Below, piece by piece: positions 56,428-64,000 of a DNA stretch of 64,000 bases. Made by a program: the position numbers and the translations under genes. Origin of the DNA: Antechinus flavipes (Eukaryota); the NCBI RefSeq assembly GCF_016432865.1, contig NC_067399.1, positions 258,974,001 to 259,038,000 on the forward strand, read 5' to 3'. The notes below the pieces were generated by a model. It had not been told where the DNA came from, searched no databases, and saw only the letters and a list, made by a program, of their open reading frames with translations. Position 1 is the first letter of the stretch. Every line of letters begins with the position of its first letter.

Positions 56428-57870
56428 ACATTTTTTATTAAAGCTTTTTATTTTCAAAACATATGCATGTTCTTTCTATTGTTTTCTATTGTTTGCTTGC
56501 ATTTTTGTTTTTCTTCCTGGGTTATTTTTACCTTTCTAAATCCGATTTTTCTTGTGCAACAAGAGAACTGTATAAATATGTATTTAACATATACTTTAAC
56601 ATTTTTAACATGTATGGGACTTCCTGCCATCTAGGGGAGGGGATGGGGGGAAGGAGGGGAAAAGTTGGAACAGAAGTGTTTGCAAGGATCAATGTTGAAA
56701 AATTACCCATGCATGTTTTGTCAATAAAAAGCTATAATAATAATAATAAAAAAGATAAGCATAGACAATCTCATCTTACCTTTTGCAGAGATAAAGGTTC
56801 ACATACATTGCACTTTGCATAAACTTAAGATATTTTTAATATATTGAGTTATGCTTCTTTTTTCTTTCTTTTTTTTTTTTTTTTGTTGTTGTTAAAAATA
56901 CAAATTGTTATGTCAAAATGGGTCCCTGGAAGAAAAGGAGAAGAAATATTGAGGAAAACTATGATGATCTATGAAACAAAAGATATCAATAAAAACACTT
57001 TTAAAATATTAAAAAAAAAAACATATGCACGGGTTTTTTCAACATTGACCCTTGCAAAAACTTTTGCTCCAACTTTTCCCCTCCTTCCCTCCACTACCTC
57101 TCTTACATGGCAGGTAGTACCATATATGTTAAACACATTAAAGTACATGTTAAATACAATATATGTATACATATTTTTACAGTTCACTTGTTGCACAAGA
57201 AAAATCCGATTTAGAAAGAAGGTAAAAATAACCTGGGAAGAAAAACAAAAATGCAACAAACAATAACAGAAAGAGTGGAAATATTATATTGTGGTTCATA
57301 CTCATTTCCCAGTGTTCTTTTGCTGGATGTAGCTAGCTGATTCTGTTCATCACTGATCAATTGGAACTGATTTGAAGCTCTCATTGTTGGAGATAGACAC
57401 TTCCATCAGAATTGATATCAGATAGTATTGTTGTATAATGATCTCCTAGTTCTGCTTCCTTCACTTAGCATCAGTTCATGAAGGTCTCTTCAGACCTCTC
57501 CAAAATCAACTTGTTGGTCGTTTCTTATAGAACAATAATATTCCATAACATTCATATACAATAATTTATTCAGCCAGCCTCCAGTTGATGAACATCCATT
57601 CAGTTTTCAGTTTCTAGCCACTACAAAAAGGGCTGCCACAAACATTTTTGCACATGTGGGTCCCTTTCCCTCCTTTAAGATCTCTTTGGAATATAAGCCC
57701 AGTAGAAACACTGCTGGGTCAAAGGATATGCACAGTTTGATAACTTTTTGAGCATAGTTCCAAATTGCTCTCCAGAATGGTTGGATCCGTTCACAACTCT
57801 ACCAACAATGTACAAATCCCACATCCCCTCCAACATTCGTCATTATCTTTTCCTGTCATCTTAGCCAATG
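56428..57870 (-). mobile_element. Antisense L1 3' portion (56428-56469 plus 57018-57870) split by a nested insertion
   Basis: Head ttttattaaagctttttattttcaaaacatatgcatg resumes at aaaacatatgcacgggttttttcaacattgaccc and continues into the antisense ORF2 end (ccagaatggttggatccgttcacaactctaccaacaatg). Confidence 0.85.
56470..57017 (+). mobile_element. Nested sense L1 3' fragment plus about 257 nt of extra sequence and a second poly(A): probable 3' transduction
   Basis: TSD aaaacatatgcatg (56456-56469) / aaaacatatgcacg (57018-57031); L1 AATAAA 56723-56728 with tail to 56753; second AATAAA 56988-56993; A-run from 57011. Confidence 0.75.
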
Positions 57871-58099
57871 GATAATTTTCAACATTCACTTTTGCAAAAC
57901 CTTGTGTTCCAAATTCTTCCCTCCCTCAACCCCCTCCTCTAGATGGCAAGTAATTCAATATATGTTAAACAAGTACAATTCTTCTATACATATTTCCACC
58001 ACTACTTACTTAAAAAAATAAATTTAATTGATATCTTTGATTTTTTTACATCGCTATAATTTCCCCCAGCATGACCTTCACTTCCAAGCTGACAATATA

Positions 58100-58503
58100 T
58101 TTTTTCAGTTTTTTAATTTAATAATAGCTTTTAGTTTTTCAAAATTATGTAAAGATAGTTTTCAACCTTCACCCCTGCAAAATCTTGTATTTCAAATTTT
58201 TCTCTATCCTTCCTCTCCCCTGGACAGCAAGCAATAGGTTAAACATGTGCAATTCTTCTAAACATATTTCCACTTTATCATGCTGAACAAGAAAAGTCAG
58301 CTCAAAAAGGGGGAAAAAATGAGAGAAAAAAACGAGCAAGCAAACAATCACAAAGATGAAAATCCAATGTTGTAATCCACATTCAGTCTCCATAGTCCTC
58401 TCTCTGGATGCAGATGGCTCTCCATCATAAATCTGGCCTGAATCTCCTCATTAATGAAAAGAGCCAACTATATCACAATTGATTATCACATAATCTTCTT
58501 GTT
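58100..58503 (-). mobile_element. Older L1 3'UTR fragment
   Basis: aaagatagttttcaaccttcacccctgcaaaatcttgt...ggttaaacatgtgcaattcttctaaacatatttcc. Confidence 0.7.
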
Positions 58504-58521
58504 TCAGCAATATATATTTTT

Positions 58522-58749
58522 GTTTTATTTTTATTGTTTTGTTATTTTTTTTTAAAGCTTTTTATTTACAAAGCATATGCATGGGTAAGTTTTCAATACT
58601 GACCTTGCAAAACCTTGTGTTCCATATTTTCCCCTCCTTTCTCCACCTCCTCCCATAGATAGCAGGTAATTCAATACATGTTAAATATGTTAAAATATAT
58701 GTTAAATCCAATTTATGTATACATATATATATATATTTATACAGTTAAC
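58522..58749 (-). mobile_element. 5'-truncated L1 3'UTR with TSD
   Basis: Flanks ttcagcaatatatattttt (58503-58521) and ttcagcaatatattttt (58750-58766) differ by one AT unit. Confidence 0.8.
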
Positions 58750-60183
58750 TTCAGCAATATATTTTTAAAGACTTTTAAAAAAATCAGCATTACTGATCAA
58801 TACATCAAAAAAGACTGAAAATATGTTCATGGGTCTGGTAGAGAACTCCAAGTCTCTTCTTTTCCTTTAAGATTCCCAATGAGAAGAAGAGATGAAGTGT
58901 AGTCCAGTAGGAGGAAATGGAGGCTAATTGATTTGTTGTCCTTGACCTAGAGAGCAGATTTTAAATCAGAATTCTGCTCAATGTATCACTTCCTCCTGAT
59001 TGCAGAGAAAAGGAAGCATGAGCTTAAGCTCTCGCTTAGATGGTAAGGAAAGAGAATAGAAGAACAATTGGTGTGAAATTACTGAAGGGTCCCTGGTTTC
59101 CCTGACTTCCTGGGAGCCAGGCAAAGCTTTCATGGCAGGTTTATTGGTCAGGTCTTTTGAGGCCAGGTGGTGGCAGGGCCTTGTCTATCAGCCCCTACCC
59201 CCCTCCCACTCTCCCCTGCAGGGATGAGAAGGTAACTAACCCTCCCAAGGGGAGCTCCTTCCTTTTAGTAAACAGAGCTACTGTTGTGGCTTCCATAGCA
59301 AATCAACAATTGACTGCTATGGTTACAAGAATGCTGCAAGCCCAGACCCAAACCCTTAGTGACAGAAGCTTAATGCTGGGTTTAATCCAACCCCTGATGA
59401 AAGGGCTGTTTATATTACTCCCCTTATTATTGGCTTGTGGGTCCTGGATTTAAATAAATTCTTGCTATCTAGAACTTTTCATTTGGGATTTTATTTTCTC
59501 AAGTCCTGTCAGTTGTGTGTATCTCCTCAGGCTACACGGTCCCTGCTCTCAGGAGGCCTAGCTAAATGGCCAAATGGGTAATTTTGATAAGAAGTCACTG
59601 CCCCACCCTTTACCTAAGAAGGTCTCTAATCTTAGGAGATGAGCTAAAACCTTCTTTCCATTAAATTGCCAGAAGAATGGGATATAGAAGTGACCTCCCT
59701 TAAAATCTCCTAATAGACCTTAGAGTCCTCCATTTTGCCTGGTTTAGTGCCAAATGCATTGGATTTTAAGTCACTTTGGGATGTCAAATCTAGTTTTTCT
59801 ACTTCATACTTGTCAGACTAGGGGAGAATTATTAGACCTGAGACTTATTCTCCTCATCTATAAATTGTATATTGATATAAATATACAATCTATATTATGT
59901 AATCTATATAAATAAAGAGGCAGCTATGTAGAATATAGTAGATAGAACACTGGAACTGGAGTCAGGAAGAACTGAGTTCAAATCTAGCCTCGGGCACTTA
60001 TAAGCCATGTGATCCCGTCATTTAACCTTTCTCTCCCTCAGTTTCCTCAAATGTAAAATAGATTTAATAGTGATAGAATAACACCCACTTCCTGGGGTAA
60101 TTGAGTTAATATTACAAATATTTGTAACTCAATATTTGTAAAGTATTTAGCACAGTGCTTGGCACATAGAGGGCACTTAGTGC

Positions 60184-60310
60184 TCCCTTCCTTCCTCTTG
60201 GCCTTTCCTTCCTATCTCCCTTTCTCCATCCTTTCTTCCTCCCTCCTTTCTTTCCTTCCTTCCCCCTTCTTTTCCTCTTTACTTCCCTCCTTTCCTCCCC
60301 TCCTCTTTTC
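60184..60310 (+). repeat. Polypyrimidine/polypurine low-complexity tract (about 127 bp)
   Basis: Almost entirely C/T on the + strand, with CCTT/CTTT-type units. Confidence 0.9.
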
Positions 60311-61903
60311 TGTAAAATAAAAAGATTGAGCCAGATGATCCTTAAAACCCCTTCCAGCTCTAAAATTCTAAGATTCCAGGTTAAAGGAAGCCATGCATTC
60401 TACACATTCTACGCAGGAATCTTGTTTCCCTATCAGTTCTCCTCAGCATAGTAAGGTTCTAATATAGTAAAAACTAGACTGTTCATGAATTGTCCCAGGG
60501 CCAGAGTTGTAGAGCAAGGAAGGAAAATCTCTATCACCAGCTTAGCAGTATTTACTTAGCTTCTGTCAATCCAATCTAGGAAAGGATGTAATATACTCAA
60601 TCTCTACAGAAAGAAATTTAAGATTTCTAGTTTTGTCTTCACAAGTGTGTAAATGCAAGGGAAGTTATGATAAAAGTATTTGAAGAGAGCTGCTGCTTTT
60701 TGAATGACCTGTTACAATTTAAGATTGCTCTGACCTCTTCACTTATCTGACCTTTTCTCTCTCCATTTTTTTTTAAATTAATTATCTCCCTGCAATCTCT
60801 CCCTTGGTTTGATCTCTCTGCTTCATGTCTCTCCCTATATCAATTCATCATCCACACTGCCTCAAAAGGGATTTTCCTGCTGTACAATTTGATTATGTCC
60901 CTCTCTACCCCCCATCTTAATAAACTCCAGGTTTCCTATTACTTCTAGGATCAAAAATAAACTCTTGTTTGGCATTTAAAGTCCTGAACAACCTCGACCC
61001 TTTCTCCCTCTCCAATCTTACTATTTATCAGTCCCCTCCAAAGTCTTGAAGATCCATTTATAATGTCTTACTCTGCATTCTCCCACCCCTGTGCCTTCAC
61101 CCTAGCTAACCATCATGCTTGCTCTGCCTCCTGGTCTCATGTTTCCTCAGGATTCAGTGTCTGCAGAAGGCATTTTTCTTTTTCTGTTAGCCACCTATGC
61201 TTCCCTATGTATGTATATATACATGTGTGTGTGCCTACATACATATATACATATGTATACATAGATATATATGCACATATATATATATATATCTTTCCCA
61301 TTAGAATGCATCATTTAGTCCAACTCCCTAAATCCTAATTTTACAGATGAAGCTAAGGTCCATACAGGTTAATGGATTCAAAGTCACACCAGCAGGTAAT
61401 AGCAGACCTATGATAGGAATACACGTCTTCTAATATCCAAATCCAAAGATTTCCCCACTACGTCATAGCTCCTCCCCCTTACCTCTACCTCTATTCCTCA
61501 ATTTTCAAAAATGCACCACAGATTTTATTCCAGAGATGGGGATGTAGGGTAGGGGGGAAGACAGGAAGGACAGAGAGCTGGGAGCAGTGGGATGATGGTA
61601 TAGAATCCTCTTGTGTCCTCTTCAGATCTTCCCAAGATCTTCATATTTTTGCATAGGAAGCCTAATGCTGCAGTGGCTGTTTCAGAGGCGTATGCCCTTC
61701 TCATGCTTCTTCCTAGTCTTAGTGCAAGACTTGTGAAAAAAGTCCTGGAATTTCTGAAAAGTTATGGGTCTAATTCTGGTTGATGAAACACAAGATCTAA
61801 GAGTACTTTCTCAAATCATTTCCTTCTATTAGGCAGGCCTCAATCTGTCTCACCTTGACCATCTCACAGGCAGCATATACCCAAGAGCAAAATCTCTTCC
61901 CTT

Positions 61904-61921
61904 CCCCCCCCCCCCCCCCCC
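61904..61921. repeat. Poly(C)18 homopolymer
   Basis: Direct read. Confidence 0.9.
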
Positions 61922-63199
61922 ATGCAGCAAGGTTGGTCTGGCATTAGAATATATCAGAAATCATCATTTCTGAGACAGGTTCTATCTCCTTGCTCCTCCC
62001 TCCTTGCTCTTGCCTACAGCAGTGTGTATGTAAAGGACTGGATACCCATCACCTGAATGTAAATTATTTAGCATCTATATGCTGAGTCACTCTCCAGAGG
62101 ACAAATATTGTCCAAATAAATAATTAATTTAGCTAGCTGCAGTCCATTCCCAAGGTTGGTGCTGAATCTGGAATACTAATTGCATTTCTTGTCAACTGTT
62201 CCAGAATAGTACTCTCTAAAGATATAACACAGCCCTTTGTCCATGGTAGGTGCACAAATTTCATTTATGTTTCAGTTTCATTCCCTCTAGGCAAAAAGAA
62301 ACAGAGAAACATATATCTAGGGGATTATTTGACCCTAAAATCCTTAGATGGAGTTGAAAAGAAAAATGCAAGGAATGAGCCAACCTTTCAATGGACAACA
62401 GCAGGATTCTGAAGTTGTTTAATAGTTTTTCTTGATCCTTCTTTCTTCTGCTTTTCTCAACCCACCCAGCTTTGTGTACTCCACAGAAACCTGAAGGTAC
62501 CAAGGTAACAGAAACCAAGCCAACAAGCTGCATAGTCTATACAGACATGGGAAAAGAAAGGCTCTCTGACCACCATGAACAGCCCAGCTAGAAATGCCCA
62601 AAGCAGCAGTTCCAAGTCTAGACTGGAATTTTGGTGTGATTTGCAAATAAGCTAAACAACCAGTTTCTCCATTTCTCTTCCTGCAAAACAGGCAAAATAG
62701 TATTCTCAAGCAGTAGGGAATGTAAGATTTTTCTCAATTAGGGAGCTAGGCAAATGATATATTGAAAAAGTGTATTGATAAAATAAAAACCAGAGCAATA
62801 ATCCATCTGTAAAGTTGACTCCTGGATTCTTCAGGCCAAGTTACAAATCCACTGCTATAAAGAGGAGGCAGGAGCTGCCTAATTTCTCAGCGCCTCCTTT
62901 GAACTTCAGGTTCTTATACTTCCCTTTTGCACCCATTCAATTTGTGTAATGGTTACCTCCCTACTATATACAAACTTTGTTTATCTTTGGATTTCTCTTG
63001 GCCTCTAGCACAGAATGTGCAGCTTAATTTTAAGCTGGCATCAGCCACTTTGGCTCCTCAAAAGGTGTAGAGGAACAGGAAGTTTCTTAAACTCGGTGAC
63101 ATTGGTGGGGTAGGTGGGAATTCCAATTTGTATCTCTTATTGAGAGGTAGTTAAAAATAGCTTTCTGCAGAGGCTAGGCGACCATGGCCTAGTCCATTA

Positions 63200-64000
63200 C
63201 AGCACCGTTTTAAAGACCTGTATAATGTGCTGATGATGGGAGTGGGGCGGGGGTGAAACCACGCTTTGTATCGGATGCTGCTAGTCTGGAACTAGGAATG
63301 TCAAAACCCCTCCAGAAATTTTCTTCTCTAGCTATCTTTACGAGGTGGGAGACTGGAGGGCGGGGTGAAGGTGCAAGCCCGGAGCCTCCCCGCACCCGGG
63401 CTTTTTATTCTGTGCCATGGGTGAAAGGGAGGTTGGCTTAGACAGCTTCTGGAATCCCTTTCTCGGTTTAGGTGTCCTTGTATGCAGCCCACTTCTAGAG
63501 TGTGGTGCGCGCGCGCGGGTGCGTGTGTATGTGCTCGCGCGCGCAAAGTGCAGAAAACCAAGAAATTATAACTTTTGGAAAACAAGAGGGTTTTTTTGTT
63601 TGTTTCTGTTTTTGAACAGTGGGGCTAAAAACACTCTCAGTTCTAATTTTATAGTCTGCTTGAATCCCCGCAAGGGGCATTAAGGATGCAGGGGCCCACT
63701 ATCAAGTTGCCCACGCCACCCACCTGCCACCTGAGCTGTGTCGCTAAAGAAGCTTTACGCTTCTTTCAAGGGAATGGAAAAGCTGAGGAACACTCTCATT
63801 TTTTTCCCAGGCCTTCGTTCCAACTAGGGTTCTGACGCTTCTCGGACCCCCAGGAATCTTCCAACACCTCAGGCCAAATCCAGGCGAAGAACACCCGCCG
63901 TCGCTCCCGAGCTAGGCCAATCTCTGGCTCAAAGGCAGTCTCCCCCCGCCTCCGGTTGCCCTGGGCCACGCGACTCTACACAAACAGTCTCCAAGAGGGG
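63200..64000 (+). promoter_or_regulatory. Upstream edge of a CpG-island promoter; by synteny probably TUBB4B, which is not in the window
   Basis: Rising CpG density; GC boxes 63244-63253 and 63358-63365; CCAAT 63917-63921; alternating GC tracts 63506-63545. Confidence 0.55.

Noticed and set aside
56844-57266. 140-aa ORF across the nested L1 junction
   Set aside because: Chimeric read-through of low-complexity L1 3'UTR sequence.

Overview
Marsupial genomic DNA, probably a dasyuromorph (inferred from the CORE-SINE and L1 3'-end types). It is syntenic with the human 9q34.3 block NDOR1-RNF208-CYSRT1-RNF224-SLC34A3-TUBB4B, the order being recalled from established knowledge. Four protein-coding genes are supported: RNF208 (- strand, single coding exon 1835-2590, CpG-island promoter about 3.3-3.9 kb); CYSRT1 (+, 16171-16578); RNF224 (+, 24977-25474); and SLC34A3/NaPi-IIc (+, 12 coding exons from 29618 to 50025, all GT-AG with consistent phases, 1863 nt = 620 aa + stop). 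The rest is mostly layered transposon debris (L2, CR1/L3, L1, CORE-SINEs, hAT MITEs, one candidate solo LTR). A CpG/GC-box-rich stretch at the right edge probably leads into the next gene's promoter. There are no tRNA/rRNA genes or CRISPR arrays. I found no clearly new multi-gene system. The best leads are: a TSD-bounded L1 3' transduction nested in an antisense L1; a long CR1/L3 remnant that still shows its ORF1 esterase; CaaX boxes on both RNF208 and CYSRT1; two candidate upstream exons encoding a spliced microprotein before RNF224; an orphan housekeeping-type CpG promoter at 13.5-13.9 kb; strong uORFs in the inferred RNF208 leader; and lineage-specific features of NaPi-IIc. Orthologue comparisons are from memory, not database searches. 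Repeat boundaries without TSDs are approximate.
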